A stretch of 64,000 nt of DNA from Candidatus Hydrogenedentota bacterium (GTDB lineage: Bacteria; Hydrogenedentota; Hydrogenedentia; Hydrogenedentales; SLHB01), in the NCBI GenBank assembly GCA_963668025.2, contig CAXXTH010000006.1, positions 54,179 through 118,178 of the forward strand, in the 5' to 3' direction. This document shows positions 54,658 through 63,832 of the stretch, piece by piece (the first letter of the stretch is position 1; each line of letters starts with the position of its first letter). The notes beneath the pieces are model-generated. The model was given only the letters and a program-made list of their open reading frames with translations, had not been told where the DNA came from and searched no databases. Both the position numbers and the translations under genes were made by a program.

Positions 54658-55158
54658 CTATTGATTCAGAGCAGTGTTTTTTCCGGAAGATTTTTTTTTA
54701 GATGCTCGTTTTGAACTGGGATTCTTTGCTGGCGTCACATTCTTCAAATCGAAAAGCGGTACAAAAAAGGGACCAGCAAGTGAGAATGAGGTCGCCTGGA
54801 ATATCATACCTCTTAGGAAACCTAACAGATTGGCCGCTGGTGCCGTGCTTGCGAAGAACTCCTTCTTTTGTTCATCAGAAACTTGTGGATCAGCCCCATA
54901 TTTTCCTTCAATCACAACATGAAGGGAATGTATAACCGAATTGAAGGCCTCCTGGAAAGCCTGTAGTTCTATAATGACAGTGCAGCTCATTGGATCTGAA
55001 TCTATGCTATGAGAAACACTAATCGAGTTGGTGGGTATATTTTCCTCGTCAACTTTCCCGACTTCGTTGATTTCAAGGGAAAGGATACGTATAGACAGCA
55101 ATGAAAACGGACTTACAGCAAACCTTAATTCCAGCGTTTCAGACGGCAGTTTTTTCAC
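54658..55158 (-). CDS. SecB-like chaperone of a toxin-antitoxin-chaperone module
   Basis: 'LHVVIEGKY...FFASTAPAANLLGFLRGMIFQATS...PFFVPLFDL' fits the SecB fold. Third gene of a RelE-HTH operon. Confidence 0.72.
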   Translation of the reverse strand: MKKLPSETLELRFAVSPFSLLSIRILSLEINEVGKVDEENIPTNSISVSHSIDSDPMSCTVIIELQAFQEAFNSVIHSLHVVIEGKYGADPQVSDEQKKEFFASTAPAANLLGFLRGMIFQATSFSLAGPFFVPLFDLKNVTPAKNPSSKRASKKKSSGKNTALNQ

Positions 55159-55606
55159 CGAGTGCTCCTTTCATTTTTGGGACGCCTTTCGTATCCAGTT
55201 CCCACTGACGACGCAATGCAGCTCTACTTTGAGTTGCAGGCGCCTTTTCATGTCGTTCAAGAGGAAAGTTGGAAGTCAAGATATTCTGTTTCATATTTCG
55301 GAATTGGAATATTCTTTGTTCCCTTTGTCTTGCCTCTTCGTGGGAAATAAGGTCTATCCCAACCCATTCAGCACCAAGCGCAACGGCTATGTTTGCAAGG
55401 CTACTAAGGGTCAGATTTTGTTCGCCACAGATTTTTTTAGCGACATCTGCTTGTGACACTCCCAGACTCCCCGCCAGTCCTTTCTGAGTTATCCCGTGCC
55501 TATGCATGTATCTTCGGATAAGTCCTGCAAATGTGCTTGCGAGGTGTTCTTCGACATATTCCGGCGACGCATTCAATTCCGCATAAAGCTCATCGAAGTA
55601 GTTCAT
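55139..55606 (-). CDS. HigA-like XRE antitoxin with C-terminal extension (ChAD-like)
   Basis: 'GITQKGLAGSLGVSQADVAKKICGEQNLTLSSLANIAVALG' followed by a ~65-aa charged tail. Confidence 0.8.
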   Translation of the reverse strand: MNYFDELYAELNASPEYVEEHLASTFAGLIRRYMHRHGITQKGLAGSLGVSQADVAKKICGEQNLTLSSLANIAVALGAEWVGIDLISHEEARQREQRIFQFRNMKQNILTSNFPLERHEKAPATQSRAALRRQWELDTKGVPKMKGALGEKTAV

Positions 55607-56025
55607 GGCTGTGTTTCCTCCTGCTCAAAGGGTATTCCCGTCAATGACTTCAGTTCAGACATCCTCTTTCGGGCTTCTTTGATCGCGCTTGACTGGAGCT
55701 CAACATTTCCCGCTTTAAGCCATGTCTTACAGATTATGACCAGGTTCTTTCGTGGTTTGTCATAGAACCAGAACAACCGGAACCCTGCATTGTGTTCTTT
55801 GAACTCATATAGCCCGCTTCCTAAAGCCTTGAATTTCCTGTCGTCCAACGCCTCACAGCCGTATTCCGCCGCAACTTTCATCGTGTCCATTATTCTACTG
55901 GCTGCGCTAGGGTTTGATTTTTTGACCGTTCTAATAATTTTCTCAAAATCACACCTTGTGCCGTCCACGACAGTGGTGATTGTCAGCTCAGTGCCAACCA
56001 CAACCTTTCTGAGGCATATGCTCAT
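55603..56025 (-). CDS. RelE/HigB (Gp49-like) toxin
   Basis: 'KFKALGSGLYEFKEHNAGFRLFWFY...LVIICKTWLK...IKEARKRM'. Confidence 0.8.
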   Translation of the reverse strand: MSICLRKVVVGTELTITTVVDGTRCDFEKIIRTVKKSNPSAASRIMDTMKVAAEYGCEALDDRKFKALGSGLYEFKEHNAGFRLFWFYDKPRKNLVIICKTWLKAGNVELQSSAIKEARKRMSELKSLTGIPFEQEETQP

Positions 56026-56054
56026 AGTATATAACCTTTAGGTTATGTTTTCAA
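56026..56054 (-). promoter_or_regulatory. TAC promoter with a palindromic operator in the spacer
   Basis: TTGAAA-17nt-TATACT. ATAACCT-TT-AGGTTAT palindrome at 56031-56046. Confidence 0.7.
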
Positions 56055-56632
56055 TTCCTTTGTCTCGATTCCTTTGTCTCGATTGCAATCTTCCTGGCGG
56101 GCCTACAATAACACAAGTGTGATTTACGGTGAAGCGATGGCCTGGCGTCAAAGAAAATGAACGTAAGTCGCAGGAGCCGCATTAGGCTTCGCAGGATGCC
56201 CGTAGAGCAACGCGGGCGGTTTAGCAGTATGAATGGATGACTTGATGGCAGATCGTAGCAGGGCGGACAGCACGTAAACGAATTCGCACCGTCTAGGGGC
56301 ATGTCAGGCACCGGGGCGGCGGGGGTGTCCTGGGTACGGGGCGTGTAGTTCGCGCACTGTTCGCAGCGGGAACACGGGCGGGGGAGTAAACCGGCCTTCT
56401 GCAGGTCGGAGACGATCGCGATTTCGAGATACCGCTGCTCGATTTCCGCCGTGATGCGTTCGAGTTCGGCGCGGCCAGCAGGGCGGCTTAAAGCCTGGCT
56501 GGCGGCCTGTACGTGTCCGTATCCGCTCAACTCGGCGGCTTCAGCGATGGTCTTGCCCAAACCGCGAAACAAACACAGCAGCTTCAGCCGCGGGCTCGCT
56601 GGGGCGGGTTTACTGGGCGGTTTATTCGGCAT
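56051..56632 (-). CDS. TerS-like HTH protein (homolog of 37144-37473) with C-terminus extended by a 1-bp indel
   Basis: Aligns with the element 1 protein to 'TPRTQDTPA', then reads on through the conserved non-coding block. Confidence 0.55.
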   Translation of the reverse strand: MPNKPPSKPAPASPRLKLLCLFRGLGKTIAEAAELSGYGHVQAASQALSRPAGRAELERITAEIEQRYLEIAIVSDLQKAGLLPRPCSRCEQCANYTPRTQDTPAAPVPDMPLDGANSFTCCPPCYDLPSSHPFILLNRPRCSTGILRSLMRLLRLTFIFFDARPSLHRKSHLCYCRPARKIAIETKESRQRN

Positions 56633-57059
56633 GGGGGTTTCCTTCCAATGCATCGCGCTTGATGTCCTCGATGCTCGTTGAATCATACGGGTGATGTTCT
56701 GGTGTTGTGATGGTCGTTCGGCTCCGCTTCTGCATCATTCCACTCGGATGGCGGTCCAATATCGTGTTCGCCGCGCTCAGCCTCACGCTCGCTGGCGCGT
56801 TGGGGTTGTTCAGGATGGCCTCGATGACGGCCAGGGCTTGGCGGAGCATCGTGTCTAACCGCTCCATGCTCGAGACCTTCAGCAGCAACGCGCTGTCCTC
56901 AAGCTGCCGCCTATACGCAACCACGGCGGGCCGTTCGCATATGGCGTTTATCTGCGCAACAGTCTTGCCGGTCGCAGCGGCCACGGCGCGGCGATTGCCT
57001 CCGGTGGCGTGCAGCAACTGCGCCACGTGTTTATGCCATGCGGCGGGCGTCATTCCCAT
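56622..57059 (-). CDS. TerS-like protein (homolog of 37463-37900)
   Basis: 'PAAWHKHVA.LL.ATGGNRRAVAAATGKT...VRLSAANTILDRHPSGM'. Confidence 0.6.
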   Translation of the reverse strand: MGMTPAAWHKHVAQLLHATGGNRRAVAAATGKTVAQINAICERPAVVAYRRQLEDSALLLKVSSMERLDTMLRQALAVIEAILNNPNAPASVRLSAANTILDRHPSGMMQKRSRTTITTPEHHPYDSTSIEDIKRDALEGNPHAE

Positions 57060-57094
57060 TGCCTCCTAAACCATTCCTCTTGTAGGTTCTTTAA

Positions 57095-58785
57095 CCTAAA
57101 AACGCCAGTTGAATCTTGAGTGTCGAGCAGGAAGTAGTTCAAGATAAAGAACATGGAAACAGAATCGCAACAGCAAGATGCTCCCCCATTGGGAGAGGAG
57201 GAATGGTTGTCTTTGGAGGCGCCGATTTTCGTAGATAGCTACGGGGGCCGGGTGCATGTGGAATGGGACCGGGAGGCGGCAACGACGCCGTTTGGCCAGT
57301 TGGCGTTCTTTATCGATTTCCTCAAGACGGCGGAGCTTTTTGAAGCGTGGGTGGAGGACTGTCCGCTGGCGTACGCCAGCAATAATGCGCCGCGCAAGAG
57401 GGATGTGCTGGGCACGCTATTTTTATCAGTGCTGGCGGGCCACACCCGCTATGCGCACATTGACGCGGTCCGTTACGACGCGGTGAACCCGGGCTTGCTG
57501 GGTATGAGCAAGATCATGAGCGCCTCCTCGGCGCGGCGGGCATTTATTCTGGCGGACGGGGAAGCCTGCGCGGGCTGGCTACAGAAGCACCTGCGCCGCT
57601 GTTATGAGCCGTTGCTTTATGAGCCTTGGATTTTGGACGTGGATACAAGCGTGAAGCCCCTGTTCGGCCATCAAGAAGGGGCCGTGCTGGGCTACAATCC
57701 GGCGAAACAGGGCCGTCCTTCTCATGTGCTGCATACCTATTTTATGGCGAACACGCGCTTGGTGCTGGACGTGGAAGTCCGGCCGGGCAACGAGACGGCG
57801 GCGAAATACACCATGCCTGGATTGTGGCATTTTCTCGATGGCTTGCCGCGCGCGGCCTGGCCGGGCATGATTCGCGGCGACTGCGCCTTCGGCAACGAAC
57901 GCGACATGAGCGAAGCCGAAGCGCGCGGAGTGCCCTATCTGTTCAAATTGCGGCAGACCAGCAACGTGAAACGGCTTATCCAGCAGGCCTTTTGTTCTAA
58001 GGACTGGACGCCAGCAGGCCAAGGCTGGGAAGGTTTGGAAGACCGTCTGGAGCTTATGGGATGGACGAGCAAACGCCGGGTAATCGTTCTGCGGCGCAAG
58101 CTCAAAGGGAGTATCGTTCTGGAAACGGAGCCGCTATTGCCTGACCCCTCCCCCCAACTACAGCTCATCGAGATCCAAGCGGGAGCCGTGCAGCAGTATG
58201 AATACGCGCTGCTGGCCACTTCGCTGACAGACCCCCTATCGGCCTTGGCCCAGCATTATCGCGACCGGGGCGATGCGGAAAACATCTACGATGAACAGAA
58301 AAACCAGTGGGGGTGGGGCGGGTATACCACCCACGATATGAAGCGCTGCCAAATCATGGCGCGAATCATAGCCCTGATTTACAATTGGTGGTCTTTGTAC
58401 GTGCGCTTGGCGATTCCGGAGCGCCACGCCGAAGCGATCACAAGCCGCCCTCTGCTGCTGTATGGTGTGGGACAGCAGACCCGCCACGGAGGCCAAACCA
58501 CGCTCACCATCACCCCCGTGCATGCGCAAGGACATGCTATGGAACAAGTTCTGAAATCCGTAAACGCCTTTTTATCGGAGGTGAAAGCAACTGCGCGGCA
58601 GTTGAACCGGAACGAACGATGGCGGACGATCCTCAGCCGGATCTTCGCCAAAATACTCGAGGGAAGGCCGCTGGCCACCCCCAACCTGCTGTCGGCGCCA
58701 ACGTAAAGAGCGGGACAGGACAGTTATTTCTTTACAAAATTGGGCTGGAAAAATCCCAAAGCAAGCTCCTACTGCCTTTTTTAGG
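57095..58785 (+). mobile_element. IS1380-family insertion sequence
   Basis: IRs CCTAAAAACGCCAGTTGAATCTTG and CCTAAAAAAGGCAGTAGGAGCTTG. 5-bp target duplication TTTAA at 57090-57094 and 58786-58790. Confidence 0.88.
57153..58706 (+). CDS. IS1380-family DDE transposase
   Basis: 'LDVDTSVKPLFGHQEGA..GYNP', 'IRGDCAFG', 'YRDRGDAENIYDEQK'. Confidence 0.9.
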   Translation: METESQQQDAPPLGEEEWLSLEAPIFVDSYGGRVHVEWDREAATTPFGQLAFFIDFLKTAELFEAWVEDCPLAYASNNAPRKRDVLGTLFLSVLAGHTRYAHIDAVRYDAVNPGLLGMSKIMSASSARRAFILADGEACAGWLQKHLRRCYEPLLYEPWILDVDTSVKPLFGHQEGAVLGYNPAKQGRPSHVLHTYFMANTRLVLDVEVRPGNETAAKYTMPGLWHFLDGLPRAAWPGMIRGDCAFGNERDMSEAEARGVPYLFKLRQTSNVKRLIQQAFCSKDWTPAGQGWEGLEDRLELMGWTSKRRVIVLRRKLKGSIVLETEPLLPDPSPQLQLIEIQAGAVQQYEYALLATSLTDPLSALAQHYRDRGDAENIYDEQKNQWGWGGYTTHDMKRCQIMARIIALIYNWWSLYVRLAIPERHAEAITSRPLLLYGVGQQTRHGGQTTLTITPVHAQGHAMEQVLKSVNAFLSEVKATARQLNRNERWRTILSRIFAKILEGRPLATPNLLSAPT

Positions 58786-59133
58786 TTTAACAGGCGCCGC
58801 TCATGAATCCGGTCATTTTGAGCCATCGCCAGCATCATCAAAACTTGTGGGTTGTGCAGTTCTGCCGCCCAGTCGACGATAATTTCCCGGATGGTCTCGT
58901 CCTAATCTCGTAAACGCTCCTGCGAGTCGATGATTTCTCTCGTGATACTTTTCACCTGAACCTCCTCATTCGCCACAATCCGGCGGTCGGTACGCCTCTC
59001 GCCGTAGGTTTTCGTGGTCTGTTCATACTCTCTACCTCCATGTAACATTCGGTTTACATATCGTGAAAAACACTGGGATTGCAGGTCGAGTCGGGGGGTG
59101 ATATACGCTTGGGGTCAAACCCTCTCCCAAAAA

Positions 59134-59526
59134 TCACGCCCCTTTTGCATTCCCCTCGGCTCTCGGCTGCCCAAACATTCCGCTCGGGTGCCTGTCCAGC
59201 AGCGCAATAACAATTTGCAGCTTTATTCCGACGGGCGTTTCCGGATCTGACAACGTCTCATCGAGTTGAGCCAGGCCGAGGTCGATTGCCTCGTTCAGTC
59301 GCAAGGTTGCGGTTGCTGGGAACATCTCATCGGATGCTCGCAGTTTTTTCACCAGTTGCTTGATTGGCGGATACGATAAAACCTTTTCGACGAGGGTGTG
59401 TTCCACGCCAACCAAGTACCCGATCTCTACGGCATCCAGCCGGTAGTCCATCGCGGCGGTTTTGGCAATCCGTTTGTGCGCCTCCGGGGCGTCTTCGTAG
59501 CGTGTGTATTCGAGTTCGGTGTTCAT
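59134..59526 (-). CDS. TerS-like protein (homolog of 38221-38613)
   Basis: C-terminal half is identical to the element 1 copy at DNA level; N-terminal half has diverged. Confidence 0.6.
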   Translation of the reverse strand: MNTELEYTRYEDAPEAHKRIAKTAAMDYRLDAVEIGYLVGVEHTLVEKVLSYPPIKQLVKKLRASDEMFPATATLRLNEAIDLGLAQLDETLSDPETPVGIKLQIVIALLDRHPSGMFGQPRAEGNAKGA

Positions 59527-59699
59527 GTGCTGATTCTCCTATCGGTTTTTGGTCCGCTCGGGGTCTGCTTTCGCGGCCCCAGCAACAACTCCCTAGGGAG
59601 TGGGATTTTTTTCAGCCGGTAAGTCCTTTATTTTCAATGATTTAACTCCGCTGGCAAAACCCGCTGTCGAAAACTGAAATTTGCCAGCGGATAAACTCT

Positions 59700-59801
59700 T
59701 GTCACATAAAGACTTATGGCTGTCAAAACATGGTTTTATGACAACCGTGGCAGCCTGACAGCGGGTGGTTTTTGGCAGCCTGACAGCGGTTTTTGACAGC
59801 C
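59700..59801. other. Putative iteron origin of element 2
   Basis: TGGCAGCCTGACAGCGG x2 (59748, 59773) plus further TGACA/TGTCA copies in both orientations at the 3' end of the helicase gene. Confidence 0.55.
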
Positions 59802-60194
59802 ACACCAACAAGTAGTTCATGAGTCGCTCTCCTCGTCGAATTTTGTCGGCAAGGACAAAAAATCGGACTGTTTTGGGATTCTCTGCTCTGGCAAAGAACG
59901 CTGTCGCAAATGCCCCGGTCGATGGCTTTGGCGATTTGCGAAAGTGTGATCCTAGAACCGACGTGAAGCCGGAGCCATGATTTTAGATGTTCCCCCTTCT
60001 CGCCTTGACCTCGCTGCAAGTCCCGCAACGGTGCAGGGCCGTACACACCAAGCCACTCCACAATGGCCGGAAGAACTGCTTCGGGGTCCACTTCTTTCTT
60101 GACTATAGGTTTCATTTCGACTCCTTTCAGAACTCCATTTTCGGTTCGTCCTAGTACCTTGTCAGCCCTTAATTAAGGGATAAAGCCGTTTTAG

Positions 60195-60860
60195 TGCGAC
60201 CTAGAAACCCACGTCCTTTGGACGTGGTCATAGGGCCTTTGGCTCAGCCTGTTTGAGCCCATCGGCATCCCCTACACTCGTGTTGTTCCGCAACACCGAG
60301 GAAGGAGATGCCAATGAGTCGTTTCCGCAAATTATCACATGCGATATGGTATTGCCAATATCACATGGTATGGGTGCCCAAATACCGCTACCGGGTTTTG
60401 ACGGGACCGGTGGGCAAGGAGGTCTACACCTGTATCCAAATGTTCTGTGGGCAGCAAGGATGCGAGGTGCTCGAATTGAATGTACAGCCCGAGCACGTGC
60501 ATTTGCTTGTGATGGTTCCGCCAAAGGTGTCGATATCGGATCTGGCGGGCATTTTGAAGGGGCGTACGGCGATCCGGATATTCAAGCAGTTTCCGCATTT
60601 GAAAAAGAAGCCCTATTGGGGCAATCATTTCTGGGCACCTGGATATTGCGTGGATACCGTGGGGCTTAACGAAGAAATGATCCGCAAGTACGTGAAGTTC
60701 CAGGAAGAAGCGGAACGTCACGATGAACAGCTAAAATTGAAGTACTGAACCAAGCGGTGTTGCGGAACACAACCCACGCTTGCATCCTTTGGGTGCAAGC
60801 ACTCAGCCACTCTCTGAGTGGCCAAAGCAAAGCCACGTCCTCTGGGCGTGGTTTTTTACT
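60195..60860 (+). mobile_element. IS200-type element (tnpA only)
   Basis: Subterminal hairpins CCACGTCC-TTT-GGACGTGG (60209-60227) and CCACGTCC-TCT-GGGCGTGG (60833-60851). No target duplication; ends uncertain by 1 nt. Confidence 0.85.
60314..60748 (+). CDS. tnpA: IS200/IS605 Y1 (HUH) transposase
   Basis: 'YHMVWVPKYR', 'EHVHLL', 'LKGRT', 'FWAPGYCVDTVG', 'YVKFQ'. Confidence 0.95.
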   Translation: MSRFRKLSHAIWYCQYHMVWVPKYRYRVLTGPVGKEVYTCIQMFCGQQGCEVLELNVQPEHVHLLVMVPPKVSISDLAGILKGRTAIRIFKQFPHLKKKPYWGNHFWAPGYCVDTVGLNEEMIRKYVKFQEEAERHDEQLKLKY

Positions 60861-63550
60861 TTTACCCGGGCGTCGGAGGTTGTGAAGTGCCAATCCACAC
60901 CTATCCCCGAATCGTTCCGGCTCGCGTTCCACGCAACCGCCTCCGAACGCAACGTCGCCAGATCCGGCATGCGCCGGTCCAGGCACTGTCGCGTGAACAC
61001 GCTCAACTCGATCTCCGCCATGTTCAGCCAACCCCCGTGCTTCGGCGTGTAATGAATCTCCCGCCGCTCCAGAATTCGGCGCGCCTCTTGCGGCGCAAAC
61101 GCCTCGTATAGCGCCCCCGGCGTGTGCGTGTTCAGGTTGTCCATCACCAGCACGATCTTTGACGCCTCGGGAAAATCCGTATCGACAAGCTGGCGGATTT
61201 CCTGTGCCCAATCGATTTTCGTCTTGCGCTCCCGCACACTCACCCGCCGCCAGTTTTCCAACGGCGCGGTGAACATGAAGTTCGCCGCTGTGCCATTGCG
61301 CTCGTATTCGTAGTCGTGTTTCGCCGCTTCCCCAGGTTCGGCGGGCAAGGGCGTTCGCGTCTCCTTCAAGAGCTGCGTCGGTTGTTCGTCCATGCACACC
61401 AGCGGATACTCTCGGTTCCGGCCGCGCTTATAGACTTCAAGTACGTCTTCCATCGCCGCCACGAACTCGCCATCCTGCTTCGGCGGTATCACCCAGCATT
61501 TCCGCAAGTGCGGCTTGAGTTCGTTTTTTTAAGCGTCTCCCAGACGGTCGTGTGCGAGACCGAATCCACGATCCCCAATTCCACCAGTTTGTCCGCCAAG
61601 AGCCGCATGGTCCATTTCGCCCGGCCTTCCGGAGCTTTTCCGCAAGCGATGGCAACCAGCCGGGCTTCGGCGTCGCCGTCGAGTCGGCGCGGGGTCGGCG
61701 GCGTTTTCCGCTTCTTGCAGCCCAGGGCGGATTCGATGCCTTGCGTAACCAGCCGCTTGCGCACCTCTTCCACCGTGGTGCGGTGGCAGCCAAAGGCTTC
61801 GGCTATCTGTTCGTCCTTCCAATTCGGCCCGTCGGAATCCGCCTTGAGCAGGATGTTGGCATGCCTGATTTTGTATGCCGCCGCCTTGCCCTTGCTTACC
61901 AAGCCATGGAGTTGCTGGCGCTCCTCTTCTGTCAACCGAACCACGTATCGCTTTGTGGGCATTGCCGTTATCCTCCAAAGGAAAGACCCATTCCTCCCTC
62001 TGGATATATCGGCAAGATACACTTTTTTATTCAGCCTTTTAGGACTTACGGGGTACTAGGTATCGCGTTGGCGGTATGGGGGCGTAATTCGATTTGATCA
62101 CATCAAACTTGATGAACTTCTTGGCGTCGTTCTTGGCGACGCCAAAATCCAACAACTCGCGCTCGCCCAGGTATTGGAGGTGGGCGCACCATCGAAGTCC
62201 ATCCTTGAACGCACTCGATCCGCGTGTCGGATCGGGAGAATCTGATTTCTTATTTACGTGATGTAAGCACAGTATTGCGCAATTGTCTCCAGCTAACTCA
62301 CTAAGCGCGCACACAAAGGCAGTGGCGGCTGCGGCGTCGTTCTCCTCGCCGCCGTCCCAACGCGCCTTTGTGTCTAGGATTATCAGGTCTGGGTTTATGT
62401 GCTCGATGTCCGATCTCATCGCGCTGAAACGCTGCGTACGCTCGGAGACACCATTTCGCGTTATGGTCAATGGTTCGGATACATTGGCATACAACGTGAA
62501 GTTCGTAGCGATGATTTTGCGTTCCTCATCAGTGAACTTATATATCTCGTCAATGGCATGAATGCGGGTATGGAAAATGTCAGGGGGATCTTCTGCTCCG
62601 TAAAAAAGAATTCTATGTGAGCCTGTGGGCTCGAAGTATTCGATCAAAGTTCGCCCAACCGCCAAACTTAAAGCGATGACAAGGGCGAGAAATGACTTAC
62701 TCAAGCCGCCGCTGCCAATGATGGCCCCTTTGTCACCGATTGCAAGCAAGTTCATAAATAGCCACTTACGCACGGGCGGAAGCGTGACTAACATGCCATG
62801 ACATCTACGGGCATCCACTTCGCAAGCGGTTCAGGTTGCTTCGGTGCGGATAGCTCCGGCAGTACTTCACCAATAGTGCGGCACTCTCTCGCTGTGCTGG
62901 CGGTCGCAGTCGAGGACGTGGGGTTCAGCGGCCTAGCGTACGCATCGACGAAATCGGCGATTGTGTCGTTCAACGTGTCGTCCCCCGCATCGCGTACAAC
63001 TGGGTTGAATCCCGTACCCAAATGGCCAAGTTCACGTGCAAGATCTTCAACATCCCATCCAGCGGGCTTGCCTGGCGGTGCTTCGACTATCCGAATAGGT
63101 ATCGAACTCATGGTAGCAGCTCCGCTATAGTCTGCATCGCCGCTTGGCCACATTCGTCTGCGTCGGGCCATAACACGATCTCACGAATGCCACGGCCTTT
63201 TAGGCATGCCCAATTAGCGAGATGCACGGCCCTCGAACCACCTGGCCAGGTGACGGCGGCCATGCCAAGTTGATGTAGTAGGGCGGCGCAACCTTCTCCC
63301 TCGGTAATAAATAGGGTGCAGCCGCTGAATATCGATTCCAACCCGAACAACGGCCGAGGTGTCGGCGCTGCCCCGGGACGCCATACACCGTTTTCACAGC
63401 GAAAAAATGGGACGACTTGTTTCCCGTCCGCGCTTTGGTAGCGGGCCGTGTACCCTACTTCTAGGCCATAGCAGGCGATTCCCGCAAGCTCTCCGGTGAA
63501 GCCGTTCGCTGTCCACGTTCGCGGAATACCTGGAGCGAGTTCAATAGGGC

Positions 63551-63832
63551 TCATATGACTATCCCCCACGCGCGGGCAAGCGCTTCGACAGCGGTGGGGA
63601 AATCGAGTTCGTATTTGCGCTGAGCGAACGCGATAATATCGCCGTGTGCGCCACAAGAGAAACACTTAAACCGGCCATCAGGCAGATGGATCTTGAATGA
63701 GCCTGCGTGCTTATCTGCGTGAAATGGACACAAACCGGCGTCGTGCCATCCGGTCCGGTCTGGTATCATACGGCCAAGTTCGCGCGAATAGAACGCGGCG
63801 GCGGGGTCGATAGTAGCCACTGTTGCGAGCAT
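63551..63832 (-). CDS. Stand-alone CHC2 zinc-finger (primase zinc-binding domain)
   Basis: 'CPFHADKHAGSF...FKCFSCGAHGDII.F......F..AV..LA'. Confidence 0.85.
   Translation of the reverse strand: MLATVATIDPAAAFYSRELGRMIPDRTGWHDAGLCPFHADKHAGSFKIHLPDGRFKCFSCGAHGDIIAFAQRKYELDFPTAVEALARAWGIVI

Larger units (their letters stand above)
57050..58955 (-). pseudogene. Homolog of 37897-38115, broken by a TAG at codon 18 and by IS1380
   Basis: MKSITREIIDSQERLRD*...HERRLL[IS]KNLQEEWFRRQWE reconstructs after the IS is removed. Confidence 0.8.
60162..61962 (-). pseudogene. IS630 transposase (programmed -1 frameshift at A7, 61524-61530); last 10 codons cut off by IS200
   Basis: ORF1 is an HTH region. LKK/NELKPHLRKCWVIPP junction; MDE, MDNLNTH, LNMAEIE motifs; DARVK|LKRLYPLIKG* is split by the IS200 insertion. 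Confidence 0.85.
60154..62056 (-). mobile_element. IS630-family element, itself interrupted by IS200
   Basis: IRs GTACCTTGTCAGCCCTTAA and GTACCCCGTAAGTCCTAAA. TA duplication at a CTAG target (60152-60153, 62057-62058). Confidence 0.88.
59723..63554 (-). pseudogene. TOPRIM primase plus AAA_25/RepA-like helicase plus wHTH, split by two frame breaks (~63110, ~62795) and the IS630 insertion
   Basis: TOPRIM 'FITEGE...WPDAD..G' continues as 'IRIV...GWDVED' in the next frame. Walker A-like 'GSGGLSKS', 'AED', 'IILD', 'LHH..K...RGSSA'. Removing IS630 gives PPTRYL-GRTENGVLKGVE-MKPIV in frame with ORF 59723-60115. Confidence 0.8.

Noticed and set aside
60314-60748. RAYT responsible for the GTAG REPs
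   Set aside because: It is a canonical IS200 TnpA with its own CCACGTCC hairpin ends, unrelated to the REP sequences.
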